From an uncultured Pelagibacteraceae bacterium (GTDB lineage: Bacteria > Pseudomonadota > Alphaproteobacteria > Pelagibacterales > Pelagibacteraceae), in NCBI GenBank assembly GCA_902536005.1, contig CACAVT010000001.1, forward strand, positions 7-64,006: 64,000 bases of DNA. The letters are read 5' to 3'. How positions within the stretch are numbered: position 1 is the first letter of the stretch; every line of letters starts with the position of its first letter. The notes under the pieces were generated by a model. The model had not been told where the DNA came from. It did not search any database and saw only the letters and a list, made by a program, of their open reading frames with translations. Below, in pieces: positions 38,444 through 48,000 of this stretch. A program made the position numbers and the translations under genes.

Positions 38444-39207
38444 GCAAAAATTTAAGCAAAAAAGAAATAGATAAATTTTCTAGACAAATAATTTTAAAAA
38501 ACATAGGTCCATTAGGACAAAAAAAAATTCTAGACTCAAAAGTTTTAATAATTGGAATGGGCGGTCTGGGATGTCCAGCAGCTGATTTTTTAACCCGATC
38601 TGGCATTGGTAAACTAGGAATTGTTGATCATGACATCGTTAGCCTATCAAATATTCATAGACAAAGTTTATACGATGAAAAAGATTTAAATCACTCAAAA
38701 GTAATAATTGCCAAAAAAAAACTAAACAGCATAAACCCAAAAACAAAAATAAATATTTATAACTTTAAAATGGATAGAGTAAAATTTGAAAAAATAATAA
38801 AAAATTATGACTTCATTGTTGATGGTACTGACAATTTTGAAAGTAAATTTTTAATAAATGATTTAAGTTTAAAATATAAAAAATATCTTGTGACTGGAGC
38901 AATTAGTAAATTTGATGGTCATATTTTTACTTTTGATTTTGTAGATAAAAATACTCCTTCTTTACGAGATTTCTATCAAGAGGAAGTTATTAATGATGAA
39001 ATATTAAACTGTGAATATGAAGGAATATTGGGACCAGTAGCAGGAACAATTGGGACAATGCTAGCTAATGAAGTTTTAAAAAAAATACTAAAAGTTGGCC
39101 AAAATTTAAATGGATTTATTCTTATTATAGATTTATTAAATTTAAGCTTTAGAAAAGTTAAATTAAATAAAACAAAAAAAAGTGAAAATAAAAAATTTAA
39201 TAAATAA
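38440..39207 (+). CDS. ThiF/MoeB/HesA family adenylyltransferase
   Basis: FSRQIIL, GMGGLG, SLSNIHRQ, DGTDNF; canonical CxxC pairs absent. Confidence 0.88.
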   Translation: MSKNLSKKEIDKFSRQIILKNIGPLGQKKILDSKVLIIGMGGLGCPAADFLTRSGIGKLGIVDHDIVSLSNIHRQSLYDEKDLNHSKVIIAKKKLNSINPKTKINIYNFKMDRVKFEKIIKNYDFIVDGTDNFESKFLINDLSLKYKKYLVTGAISKFDGHIFTFDFVDKNTPSLRDFYQEEVINDEILNCEYEGILGPVAGTIGTMLANEVLKKILKVGQNLNGFILIIDLLNLSFRKVKLNKTKKSENKKFNK

Positions 39208-39637
39208 TATTTTTATATTCTCTCTTTTAATATTCTTTATTAACTCTAGTAATGCAGGAGAAATATTCGTTTCTCTTAAAAAAAATAAGGTGAACGTACG
39301 CTATGGACCAAGTTTTGAGTCTGACATTAAGTATGTTTACAAAAAAATAAATTTACCTTTAAAACAAATTGATGAAAAAGAAAATTTTAGACGAATTATT
39401 GATTTTAAAAATAACAGCGGATGGATTCATATTTCACAATTAAAAAAAAGTAATTCAGTAATAGCTACTAAAGATAAAGTTTTATTTAAGAAACCTACAT
39501 CTTTTGCTAAACCAGTTGCTCAAATAAAAGAAGGAAGATTATTAATTTTAGAAAAATGTGAACAAAATTGGTGCAGAATTACATCAGAAGAATTTGAAGG
39601 TTGGATTAAAACAGATAATATTTGGGGACTAAATTAA
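39182..39637 (+). CDS. Exported bacterial SH3-domain protein
   Basis: Signal peptide, FVSLKKNKVNVRYGPS, two GWI repeats. Confidence 0.82.
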   Translation: MKIKNLINNIFIFSLLIFFINSSNAGEIFVSLKKNKVNVRYGPSFESDIKYVYKKINLPLKQIDEKENFRRIIDFKNNSGWIHISQLKKSNSVIATKDKVLFKKPTSFAKPVAQIKEGRLLILEKCEQNWCRITSEEFEGWIKTDNIWGLN

Positions 39638-40227
39638 CTAAAATCAGCAGATAAAGAGGCTATATTTTCTTTAGATAATTTTGTGCTATGTGAGTATTCT
39701 TTATGATTAATACCAAGCTCAATTTCTAAACTATTAGATTTAAATTTTTCTATTTGATCATCAGTAAAATTAAAATGAATAAACTGTACTGAAGAAGCTT
39801 TTCCTTCAGTAGAAGTTCTATCTACATCTTCCTCTGGAACCGCTTTAATTTTTTCACCATTTATTTTCATAAATACTGTTTCTTCTATTCCACCAACTTT
39901 TCCAAGAAACGCCGCTCTTGAAATAGGATTATCTATTTCAAACATTAAAGTTGCTGTAAGCTCTTTTCCGTTAGGTATTAGAGGATTATATGCAGAAAGC
40001 TCATCATGAAGTTGTTCATCACCACCTTTTTCAATGTATAACATTTCTTGAACCTGAGCTAACATTGTTTCATAGCTTTCAAAATAAAAAGTAGCATAAG
40101 GGCCTAAAGCAACTCTTCTATTTTTTTTATAATCGACAATATTTTTTCTTAGTTCACGTCTCTTCCCTGTATAAACATCTAGAGGCATGATGTCTTCTTT
40201 TTGGATTTCTCTTTTTTCTCTAGGCAT
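39634..40227 (-). CDS. DUF3501 family protein
   Basis: QVQEMLYIE, YNPLIP, LTATLMFE, KASSVQF; downstream of rbr and the Fe-S oxidoreductase. Confidence 0.88.
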   Translation of the reverse strand: MPREKREIQKEDIMPLDVYTGKRRELRKNIVDYKKNRRVALGPYATFYFESYETMLAQVQEMLYIEKGGDEQLHDELSAYNPLIPNGKELTATLMFEIDNPISRAAFLGKVGGIEETVFMKINGEKIKAVPEEDVDRTSTEGKASSVQFIHFNFTDDQIEKFKSNSLEIELGINHKEYSHSTKLSKENIASLSADFS

Positions 40228-40229
40228 GA

Positions 40230-41561
40230 TTATAAGTTATAACTTTTTGCCATTAATTCGATAGGGTGTAGTGCCTCATCATTAGATATATTTGTATCAA
40301 CCTCTAACTGTTTTAAATGTTTACCAGCTAAAGGACAATCCGAAGCCATATACTTATTATTTTTAGTTTTAATTTGTCTAGCCGTAGGTCTTCCAACTTT
40401 ATTTGCTAAATCATGAGTTTCTTTCATTACTCCAAAAGTTCCTCCATGACCCGCACATCTTTCAACAACATCAATTTTAACGTTTGGTATTAATTTTAAC
40501 ATATCTCTTGCTTTGATTCCCATGTTCTGTGCCCTGGCATGACAAGCATGATGCACGGTTACTCCTCCATCAATCTCATTTAATCCTTCTACTAATCCCT
40601 CATTGTTTGCTATATCAACCACATACTCATCAATATCCATAACATTTGAAGATAATTTTTTAATTTTTTCATCGTTTGGTAATAATAAAGGCCATTCGAA
40701 TTTTAACATCAATCCACAACTTGCTGTTAAAGTTACTACTTTATATCCTTTATCAATCCATTCTATTAAGTCTTTGGATACTTTCTTTGCTTGTTCTACA
40801 ACTTTTGGGAGATCTGCTTGCTCTAGAAATGGCATTCCACAACAACCAGGATAAGCCTCCTGAACCTCGACACCATTTTTTTTCAAAACTTTTAAAGCTG
40901 CAACACCAGTATTTTTTTTATTAAAATTTACGAAACAAGTTGAATAGATAATAACTTTTCTATCTTTTAAACTTGTCTCATAATTTAATTTATCTTTATT
41001 TTTTTTAAAGAATTTTGAAAAAGTTTCTGAGTTATATTTTGGCAGCTGAACTCTTTTATCTATTCCAGCAATAAGTTCTAAAATTTTTCTAATTAATTTA
41101 TTTTTAATATTTGATGCCCAGTTGATTATTTTAGAGAACATGACACCAATTTTAGCATTTCGATCTATTTGAGCTAATTGTGTTGGTACACTTGGTAATT
41201 TACCTAATTTTTTTTGAGCTGTTCTATATCGCAGCATTAAATGTGGAAAATCCAGATCAAAATCATGAGGTGGAACATATGGGCATTTGGTCATAAAACA
41301 CATATCACACAAAGTACATGCATCAACAACAGGAGCAAATTGATCGCTAGATAAGCTTTCTACATCCTCATTTTTAGACTCATCAATCATGTCGAATAGC
41401 TTCGGAAATGAATCGCAGAGATTAAAACATCTTCGACATCCATGACAAATATCAAACACTCTTCTCATTTCAGCGTCTAACTTTTCGGGATTTAAAAAAT
41501 CAGGATGCTCAAAATCTATAGGATGTCTTATAGGTGCACTTAAACTTCCTTCTTTGCTCAT
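40230..41561 (-). CDS. Fe-S oxidoreductase (GlpC/heterodisulfide reductase-related, CCG domains)
   Basis: CHGCRRCFNLC, CTLCDMCFMTKCP, CCGMP, CAGHGG. Confidence 0.9.
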   Translation of the reverse strand: MSKEGSLSAPIRHPIDFEHPDFLNPEKLDAEMRRVFDICHGCRRCFNLCDSFPKLFDMIDESKNEDVESLSSDQFAPVVDACTLCDMCFMTKCPYVPPHDFDLDFPHLMLRYRTAQKKLGKLPSVPTQLAQIDRNAKIGVMFSKIINWASNIKNKLIRKILELIAGIDKRVQLPKYNSETFSKFFKKNKDKLNYETSLKDRKVIIYSTCFVNFNKKNTGVAALKVLKKNGVEVQEAYPGCCGMPFLEQADLPKVVEQAKKVSKDLIEWIDKGYKVVTLTASCGLMLKFEWPLLLPNDEKIKKLSSNVMDIDEYVVDIANNEGLVEGLNEIDGGVTVHHACHARAQNMGIKARDMLKLIPNVKIDVVERCAGHGGTFGVMKETHDLANKVGRPTARQIKTKNNKYMASDCPLAGKHLKQLEVDTNISNDEALHPIELMAKSYNL

Positions 41562-41590
41562 GGAATTAATTTTTAGGAATTTAAATTTTT

Positions 41591-41614
41591 TTAGTGGGCA
41601 TTTAAGCCCACTAA
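41591..41614. terminator. Stem-loop after rbr (terminator or mRNA-stabilising hairpin)
   Basis: TTAGTGGGC-ATTTAA-GCCCACTAA perfect 9-bp stem; no immediate U tract on the coding strand. Confidence 0.55.
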
Positions 41615-41623
41615 GAAATTTGA

Positions 41624-42040
41624 TTAGCTAATAGACTCTAAAGTTTTTTGAAACTTACCAGCGTGTGATTTTTCAGCTTTTGCTAAAGTTTCAAACCAGT
41701 CAGCAATTTCTTCAAAACCTTCTTCTCTTGCCGTTTTAGCCATACCTGGGTACATATCAGTGTATTCATGCGTTTCACCTTGTACTGCAGAAGCAAGGTT
41801 AGCTTTTGTTTCGCCAATTGGCATACCAGTTCCTGGATCACCAACTTCTTCTAGATACTCTAAATGACCATGTGCGTGACCAGTCTCACCTTCGGCTGTT
41901 GATCTAAAAACTGCAGCTACATCATTGTAACCTTCTATGTCAGCTTTTTGAGCGAAATAAAGATATCTTCTGTTTGCTTGACTTTCACCTGCAAAAGCTT
42001 CTTTTAAATTTTCTTCTGTTTTACTTCCTTTTAAAGACAT
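41624..42040 (-). CDS. rbr: Rubrerythrin (short, no rubredoxin domain)
   Basis: [35 protein letters not shown]. Confidence 0.95.
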   Translation of the reverse strand: MSLKGSKTEENLKEAFAGESQANRRYLYFAQKADIEGYNDVAAVFRSTAEGETGHAHGHLEYLEEVGDPGTGMPIGETKANLASAVQGETHEYTDMYPGMAKTAREEGFEEIADWFETLAKAEKSHAGKFQKTLESIS

Positions 42041-42099
42041 TTTTTCTCCTTTTTAATGATAAGCAAATCATATAATGGATCTTAACAATATGTCAATAG

Positions 42100-42116
42100 T
42101 TTAGAATTATTATAAT
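42100..42116. promoter_or_regulatory. Irr-binding ICE-like box upstream of rbr
   Basis: TTTAGAA-TTA-TTATAAT versus consensus TTTAGAA-N3-TTCTAAA; next to a TTGACA -35 at 42091-42096 on the minus strand. Confidence 0.65.
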
Positions 42117-42145
42117 GTAGTTTTTAAGTGTATGATTTAATTGAA

Positions 42146-42574
42146 TTATTTTTGATTTTGATTATCACTCGCAACCTTAATCAAAACTTCCACTGAATTT
42201 ATTTTTTTCCCAGTAATATTTTTTTTAATATTTACCGGATCAATATCATTCTCATCACAATCGATTAACTCATTCGTATCTTCATCAAAAAAATGATGAT
42301 GTGCTGATGTGTTTGTATCAAAATAACTTTTATGACTATCGATGGAAATTTCTTTTAAATATCCTTTTTTTTCAAATGCATGAACTGTGTTATAAACTGT
42401 AGCTAGAGATATCTTTTGATTCATTTTCTCAGATATCATTTTAACTAAATCGTTAATTGTGAAATGGAAAGTTTTTTCTCTATTAAACAAAACTTCGCAC
42501 ATATTTACTCTTTGCTTGGTTGGTCTAAGTCCCACTTCTCTTAATTTTTCAATAAAATTGCAGTTTTTTGGCAT
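42146..42574 (-). CDS. irr: Iron response regulator Irr (Fur family)
   Basis: GLRPTKQR, SLATVYNT, YFDTNTSAHHHFF; divergent from fabA as in other alphaproteobacteria. Confidence 0.9.
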   Translation of the reverse strand: MPKNCNFIEKLREVGLRPTKQRVNMCEVLFNREKTFHFTINDLVKMISEKMNQKISLATVYNTVHAFEKKGYLKEISIDSHKSYFDTNTSAHHHFFDEDTNELIDCDENDIDPVNIKKNITGKKINSVEVLIKVASDNQNQK

Positions 42575-42579
42575 TGTTT

Positions 42580-42596
42580 TTTATAATAGTTCTAAA
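42580..42596. promoter_or_regulatory. ICE-like box immediately upstream of irr
   Basis: TTTATAA-TAG-TTCTAAA, one mismatch to the ICE consensus. Confidence 0.7.
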
Positions 42597-42667
42597 GTAT
42601 GAATAAAATTATACTGTTTTATTATATTATATTAAGATTAAATCAAGTATTAAGGGATCTCAAATTT

Positions 42668-43168
42668 ATGAAAAAAAACTCATATTCCTATGATGATCTA
42701 ATAACTTGTGGAAATGGTGACCTTTTTGGTCCTGGTAATGCTAAATTACCCCTTCCACCAATGCTTATGTTTGACAGAATAACAGAAATCAATGACAATA
42801 ATGGTGCATTTAACAAAGGCTCATTAAAAGCTGAGCTAGATATAAAAAATGATCTTTGGTTTTTTGATTGTCATTTTAAAAAAGATCCAGTTATGCCAGG
42901 ATGCCTAGGTTTAGATGCTATGTGGCAACTGGTAGGATTTTTTCTAGGTTGGCTAGGAAATCCTGGAAAAGGAAGAGCTCTAGGAGTGGGTACTGTGAAA
43001 TTTACAGGTGAAGTATTAAAGAGTGTAAAAAATGTAAGATATGAAATAGATATGAAAAAAATTATGTCTCCTGGTGGAACAACTGTTGGACTTGCAAATG
43101 GAATTGTTCTTGCAGATAATAAAAAAATATATTCAGCAGAAAGTTTAAAAGTGGGGTTATTTAAATAA
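42668..43168 (+). CDS. fabA: 3-hydroxyacyl-ACP dehydratase/isomerase FabA
   Basis: [29 protein letters not shown]; ATG 42668 preferred over 42599. Confidence 0.95.
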   Translation: MKKNSYSYDDLITCGNGDLFGPGNAKLPLPPMLMFDRITEINDNNGAFNKGSLKAELDIKNDLWFFDCHFKKDPVMPGCLGLDAMWQLVGFFLGWLGNPGKGRALGVGTVKFTGEVLKSVKNVRYEIDMKKIMSPGGTTVGLANGIVLADNKKIYSAESLKVGLFK

Positions 43169-44379
43169 TGAGAAGAGTGGTTATTACAGGTTTAGGAGTT
43201 GTTTCTTGCTTGGGAAATAATCAAGAAGAAGTTCATCAATCTTTGTTAAATTCCAAATCAGGAATTTCTTATTCCGAAGACTACAAAGAACATAATTTAA
43301 AAAGCCATGTTCATGGTAAACCAAATATTAAACTTGAGGATCATATAGATAGAAAAACAATTAGATTTATGGGATCAGGCTCAGCTTACAATTATATTGC
43401 AATGAAAGAGGCTATTGAAGACTCTGGATTAGAAGAAAGTGAAGTAAGTAATTTTAAAACTGGAATTGTGATGGGTTCAGGAGGTCCTTCTATAGAAAAT
43501 GTAATTTTAGCAGCAGATAAAACTAGAGCTAAGACCCCAAAATTAATGGGACCATTTATTGTTCCAAGAACAATGGCCAGTACAGCTTCAGCAACACTTG
43601 CTGTGCCATTTAAAATTAAAGGAACTAATTACACAATGAGTTCTGCATGTGCAACTAGTGGACATTGCATAGGAAATTCTATGGAATTAATTCAAATGGG
43701 TAAACAGGATGTTGTTTTTGCAGGTGGAAGTGAAGAAATTCATTGGGCAATGACAGCAATGTTTGATGCTATGACAGCTTTATCATCAAAATATAATGAC
43801 ACTCCACAATCTGCGTCTAGAGCTTATGATAAAACTAGAGATGGGTTTGTAATTGCAGGTGGTGCAGGCGTATTAGTACTTGAAGAATACGAACATGCTA
43901 AAGCAAGAGGGGCTAAAATATACGCAGAATTAACAGGTTATGGAGCAACCTCAGATGGATACGATATGGTAGCGCCATCAGGTGAAGGTGCTGTTAGATG
44001 TATGAAAATGGCAATGGCAACTGCTAAAAATAAAATTGATTACATTAATACTCACGGAACATCCACTCCTGTTGGAGATATAACTGAACTTAATGCTATT
44101 AAAGAAACTTTTGGAGAGGACATTCCAAAAATAAGTTCAACAAAATCTTTATCAGGTCATCCTTTAGGGGCAGCTTCAGTGCATGAAGCAATTTATTGTT
44201 TAATAATGATGAAGAATAATTTCATTGCAGGTTCTGCAAATATTACTGATATGGATGATGATGCTAAAAAATTTCCTATAGTTTCAAAAACTGAAACGGG
44301 AGCAACATTAAATACAGTAATGTCAAATAGTTTTGGGTTTGGTGGAACTAATGCAGCTTTAATTTTTGAAAAGGTTTAG
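43168..44379 (+). CDS. fabB: Beta-ketoacyl-ACP synthase I
   Basis: [28 protein letters not shown]. Confidence 0.95.
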   Translation: MRRVVITGLGVVSCLGNNQEEVHQSLLNSKSGISYSEDYKEHNLKSHVHGKPNIKLEDHIDRKTIRFMGSGSAYNYIAMKEAIEDSGLEESEVSNFKTGIVMGSGGPSIENVILAADKTRAKTPKLMGPFIVPRTMASTASATLAVPFKIKGTNYTMSSACATSGHCIGNSMELIQMGKQDVVFAGGSEEIHWAMTAMFDAMTALSSKYNDTPQSASRAYDKTRDGFVIAGGAGVLVLEEYEHAKARGAKIYAELTGYGATSDGYDMVAPSGEGAVRCMKMAMATAKNKIDYINTHGTSTPVGDITELNAIKETFGEDIPKISSTKSLSGHPLGAASVHEAIYCLIMMKNNFIAGSANITDMDDDAKKFPIVSKTETGATLNTVMSNSFGFGGTNAALIFEKV

Positions 44380-44382
44380 TTT

Positions 44383-45168
44383 ATGAGTTTGATGAAAGGT
44401 AAAAAAGGATTGATCATGGGTGTTGCCAATGAAAGATCTATTGCCTGGGGTATATCTCAAAAACTTGCAGATGCTGGAGCGGAGTTAGCATTTACATATT
44501 TAGGTGACGCTCTAAAAAAAAGAGTAGTTCCTTTAGCAGAAAAATTAAATTCAAATGTTACATTTAGCTGTGATGTTGAAAAGAAAGAAGAAGTGGTGAA
44601 ACTATTTGAAGATATCAAATCTCAATGGAGTGAAATTGATTTTGTAGTACATGCAGTTGCTTTCTCTGATAAATCAGAATTATCAGGTGAATATTTAAAT
44701 ACGACTAGAGAAAACTTTTTAAGAAGTATGTTAATCTCGTGCTTTTCATTTACTGAAGTAACAAAAGAAGCTTCAAAAGTAATGAAACAAGGTGGAAGTT
44801 TATTAACTTTAACTTACGAGTCTACTAAAGCAATTCCAAATTATAATGTAATGGGTGTTTGTAAATCAGCTCTTGAGGCAAGTGTTAAGTATTTAGCAAG
44901 AGATTTAGGAGCCAAAGGTATGAGAGTAAATGCTATAAGTGCTGGACCCATCAAGACATTAGCTGCCTCTGCAATTGGAGACGCAAAATTCCTCTATAAA
45001 TGGAATGAAGACCATTCTTTTCTTAAAAGAAACGTAGATATCCATGATGTTGGAAATTCAGCATTATATCTATTAAGTGACCTTGCTAACGGAGTTACTG
45101 GTGAAATCCACTACGTAGATGCTGGATATAACAAAGTTGGGATGCCAGATCCTAAAAATATTAGCTAA
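44383..45168 (+). CDS. fabI: Enoyl-ACP reductase
   Basis: GVANERSIAWG, YNVMGVCK, SAGPIKTLA. Confidence 0.96.
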   Translation: MSLMKGKKGLIMGVANERSIAWGISQKLADAGAELAFTYLGDALKKRVVPLAEKLNSNVTFSCDVEKKEEVVKLFEDIKSQWSEIDFVVHAVAFSDKSELSGEYLNTTRENFLRSMLISCFSFTEVTKEASKVMKQGGSLLTLTYESTKAIPNYNVMGVCKSALEASVKYLARDLGAKGMRVNAISAGPIKTLAASAIGDAKFLYKWNEDHSFLKRNVDIHDVGNSALYLLSDLANGVTGEIHYVDAGYNKVGMPDPKNIS

Positions 45169-45187
45169 AATTTAGTTAAATTTAGTT

Positions 45188-45221
45188 AAAAAAACCCCAA
45201 GAATTCTCATTCCAGGGGTTT
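45188..45221 (-). terminator. Intrinsic terminator downstream of pnp (convergent with fabI)
   Basis: Minus strand AAACCCCTGGAAT...ATTCTTGGGG followed by a T tract. Confidence 0.6.
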
Positions 45222-45240
45222 AGAATTTTAATTTAGGCTA

Positions 45241-47313
45241 TTACTCAGCAGCTTGTTTCATAGATAGTTTAACTTTACCTCTATCGAAACCAATCACTTT
45301 AACTTTTACTTCATCACCTTCTTTGACAACATCAGTAACTTTAGCGACTCTTTTATCTGCAAGTTCTGAGATATGAACTAGTCCATCTTGTTTTCCTAAG
45401 AAATTAACAAATGCACCAAACTCCATAATCTTCATTACTTTACCTGAATAAATTTTGTTTAATTCAGCTTTTGCAGTGATGTCTTTAATCATCTGCATTG
45501 CGATGTTTCTAGACTCCTCATCTGGAGCAGCAACTGTTACCACACCTTCATCATTTACATCTACTTTAGCGCCTGATTTTTCAACGATCTCTCTGATCGT
45601 TGCTCCACCTTTTCCAATCACAGCTGCAATGTCTTTTTTATCGACATTAACTTGTTCCATTTTTGGAGTATGTTTTCCAACATCAGATCTTGAAGCTGAT
45701 AATGCTTTATTCATTTCTCCCAGGATATGAACCCTTCCATCTTTGGCTTGGCTTAATGCCTGCTCCATAATTTCAAATGTAATACCTGTAATTTTGATAT
45801 CCATTTGGAGAGAAGTAATTCCATCTTTAGTTCCAGCAACTTTAAAGTCCATGTCTCCAAGATGATCTTCATCACCTAGAATGTCTGAAAGGACGCTGAA
45901 ATCATCACCTTCTTTAATTAATCCCATTGCAATACCTGCAACTGGTTCTTTAATCGGTACTCCTGCATCCATTAATGCTAAAGAAGTTCCACAAACAGTA
46001 GCCATTGAAGAAGATCCATTAGACTCTGTAATCTCCGAAACTACTCTAAAAGTATATGGAAATGCTTCTTTTGTAGGTAAGGAAGAGTTAATTGCTCTCC
46101 AAGCTAATTTACCATGACCAATTTCTCTTCTACCTGTTCCAATTCTTCCAGTTTCTCCAACTGAAAAAGGAGGAAAATTATAGTGAAGCATAAATCGTTC
46201 TCTTTGAAGCCCATCTAAGCTTTCAATTCTCTGTTCATCATCAGATGTTCCTAAAGTTGCAACTACTATTGCTTGAGTTTCACCTCTAGTGAACAATGCA
46301 GAACCATGTGCTCTAGGTAAAACACCCACTTCACATTCGATAGGTCTTACATCAGATAAACCTCTACCATCAATTCTATTTTTGTTTTTTAGAATGTCAG
46401 TTCTGACAATTGATTTTTCTAGATTTTTTAACTGACTGTTAACATCAAGATCTGTGTAGTTTTCATCTTCCTCATAAAGTTTTTTAGCTTTATCAGTGAT
46501 TTCAGAGATTTGATTTGATCTATCTTGTTTGTCTCTTGTTGCAAAAGCTTTTTTAAGATCTTCTGTAAAAGTTTCTTCAAGTTTTTTCTTAACATCAGAA
46601 AGATCTTTCTTTTCAACAGTCCACTCAGGTTTTCTGCATTCTTTTGCAAGTTCCTCGATCATTTCAATCACTGGAACAAATCCCTCATGACCAAATTTAA
46701 CTGCATTTAACATTTCTTCTTCTGTTAAACCATTAGCTTCAGATTCAACCATAAGCACAGCATCTTTTGTACCTGCAACGACTAAATCTAATTTTGATTT
46801 TTCTAAATCAGCTTTAGATGGATTTAGAACATATTTACCATCAATAAAACCAACTCTTGAAGCTCCTACAGGACCCATAAATGGCATTCCTGATATAGCT
46901 AATGCTGCTGAAGATGCAGTGATTGATAAAATATCTGGTTCATTTTCTTTATCATATGAAATGACAGTTGGTAATAACTGTACTTCATTTTTAAATTCAT
47001 CAGGAAACAAAGGTCTGATTGGTCTATCAATTAATCTAGAGATTAATGTTTCACTCTCAGTTGGTCTTGCTTCTCTTTTAAAATATCCACCTGGAATTTT
47101 TCCAGCTGCATAATATTTTTCTTGGTAATTTACAGATAATGGAAAGTAATCCATATCAGGATTTACTTTTTTTGCTCCCACCACTGTTGCTAGTACGACT
47201 GTCTCTCCACATGTTGCGATTATTGCACCGTCTGCCTGTCTTGCTACTTTACCTGTTTCTAAACTTATCTTCTTTCCTGCTACTTCAATTTCCTTCTTGT
47301 GTACTTTAAACAT
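45241..47313 (-). CDS. pnp: Polyribonucleotide nucleotidyltransferase
   Basis: [36 protein letters not shown] and S1 domains. Confidence 0.98.
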   Translation of the reverse strand: MFKVHKKEIEVAGKKISLETGKVARQADGAIIATCGETVVLATVVGAKKVNPDMDYFPLSVNYQEKYYAAGKIPGGYFKREARPTESETLISRLIDRPIRPLFPDEFKNEVQLLPTVISYDKENEPDILSITASSAALAISGMPFMGPVGASRVGFIDGKYVLNPSKADLEKSKLDLVVAGTKDAVLMVESEANGLTEEEMLNAVKFGHEGFVPVIEMIEELAKECRKPEWTVEKKDLSDVKKKLEETFTEDLKKAFATRDKQDRSNQISEITDKAKKLYEEDENYTDLDVNSQLKNLEKSIVRTDILKNKNRIDGRGLSDVRPIECEVGVLPRAHGSALFTRGETQAIVVATLGTSDDEQRIESLDGLQRERFMLHYNFPPFSVGETGRIGTGRREIGHGKLAWRAINSSLPTKEAFPYTFRVVSEITESNGSSSMATVCGTSLALMDAGVPIKEPVAGIAMGLIKEGDDFSVLSDILGDEDHLGDMDFKVAGTKDGITSLQMDIKITGITFEIMEQALSQAKDGRVHILGEMNKALSASRSDVGKHTPKMEQVNVDKKDIAAVIGKGGATIREIVEKSGAKVDVNDEGVVTVAAPDEESRNIAMQMIKDITAKAELNKIYSGKVMKIMEFGAFVNFLGKQDGLVHISELADKRVAKVTDVVKEGDEVKVKVIGFDRGKVKLSMKQAAE

Positions 47314-47355
47314 TTCATTTCCATTTCGTTTCGTTCGTTTCGTTCCATTCCGTTC
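47314..47355 (-). repeat. Purine-rich GAA(A)YG simple repeat in the pnp leader
   Basis: GAACGGAATGGAACGAAACGAACGAAACGAAATGGAAATGAA directly before the pnp ATG. Confidence 0.7.
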
Positions 47356-47370
47356 TATCTATCTTGACTT

Positions 47371-47619
47371 CTATTTTCTTAAATTCAATTTCGACAGTAC
47401 ATTTTTGTAAGAATCCATTTTATTTTTCTTTAAGTATTCTAACAATTTCTTTCTTCTATTTACCGCTCTCAACAATCCAACAGATGAATGTTTATCCTTT
47501 TTGAATTGCTTAATATGCTTAGAGAGAGTTTCAATTTTCTCTGTTAGCAAAGCTATCTGTATCTCTGAAGATCCAGTATCTTTATCGTGCGTTGCTAATT
47601 CTAGTGCCTTTTTATTCAT
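47371..47619 (-). CDS. rpsO: 30S ribosomal protein S15
   Basis: DTGSSEIQIALLT, KDKHS, LNLRK; upstream of pnp. Confidence 0.93.
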   Translation of the reverse strand: MNKKALELATHDKDTGSSEIQIALLTEKIETLSKHIKQFKKDKHSSVGLLRAVNRRKKLLEYLKKNKMDSYKNVLSKLNLRK

Positions 47620-47631
47620 GCCTCTTTCTTC

Positions 47632-48000
47632 CTATTTATTTGTTTGTTTTATTAAGTTTTCTATTTTTTCCGCATACTCAAAAGATTCGTCTTTTCTAAA
47701 AAGTAATTTTGGTAAAAATTTCATGACCACTTTTTGTGATAAAATTTTTCTAATTAAAAATGAGTACTCCTTTAAAACATTAATTGTTTCCTCCGCATCT
47801 TTCCCTCCTAGTGGAAGAACATACGCTTTAGCAATTTTTAAATCCGGACTCATTCTAACCTCAGTAACAGTTATTGTGTTCGTTTCTAAATTCGGCACCT
47901 TAGCCTCATTTCTTATAAAAATCATGCTTAAAGACTGTTTAATCATTTCTCCTACTCTAAGCTGCCTTTGAGATACTGGTTTACCTATTCTATCTGCCAT
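47632..48000 (-). CDS. rbfA: Ribosome-binding factor A
   Basis: RQLRVGE, VTEVRMSPDLK, PKLLFRKDES. Confidence 0.94.
   Translation of the reverse strand: MADRIGKPVSQRQLRVGEMIKQSLSMIFIRNEAKVPNLETNTITVTEVRMSPDLKIAKAYVLPLGGKDAEETINVLKEYSFLIRKILSQKVVMKFLPKLLFRKDESFEYAEKIENLIKQTNK

Noticed and set aside
45168-45190. 10-bp tandem duplication AAATTTAGTT after fabI
   Set aside because: Most likely neutral slippage next to the terminator
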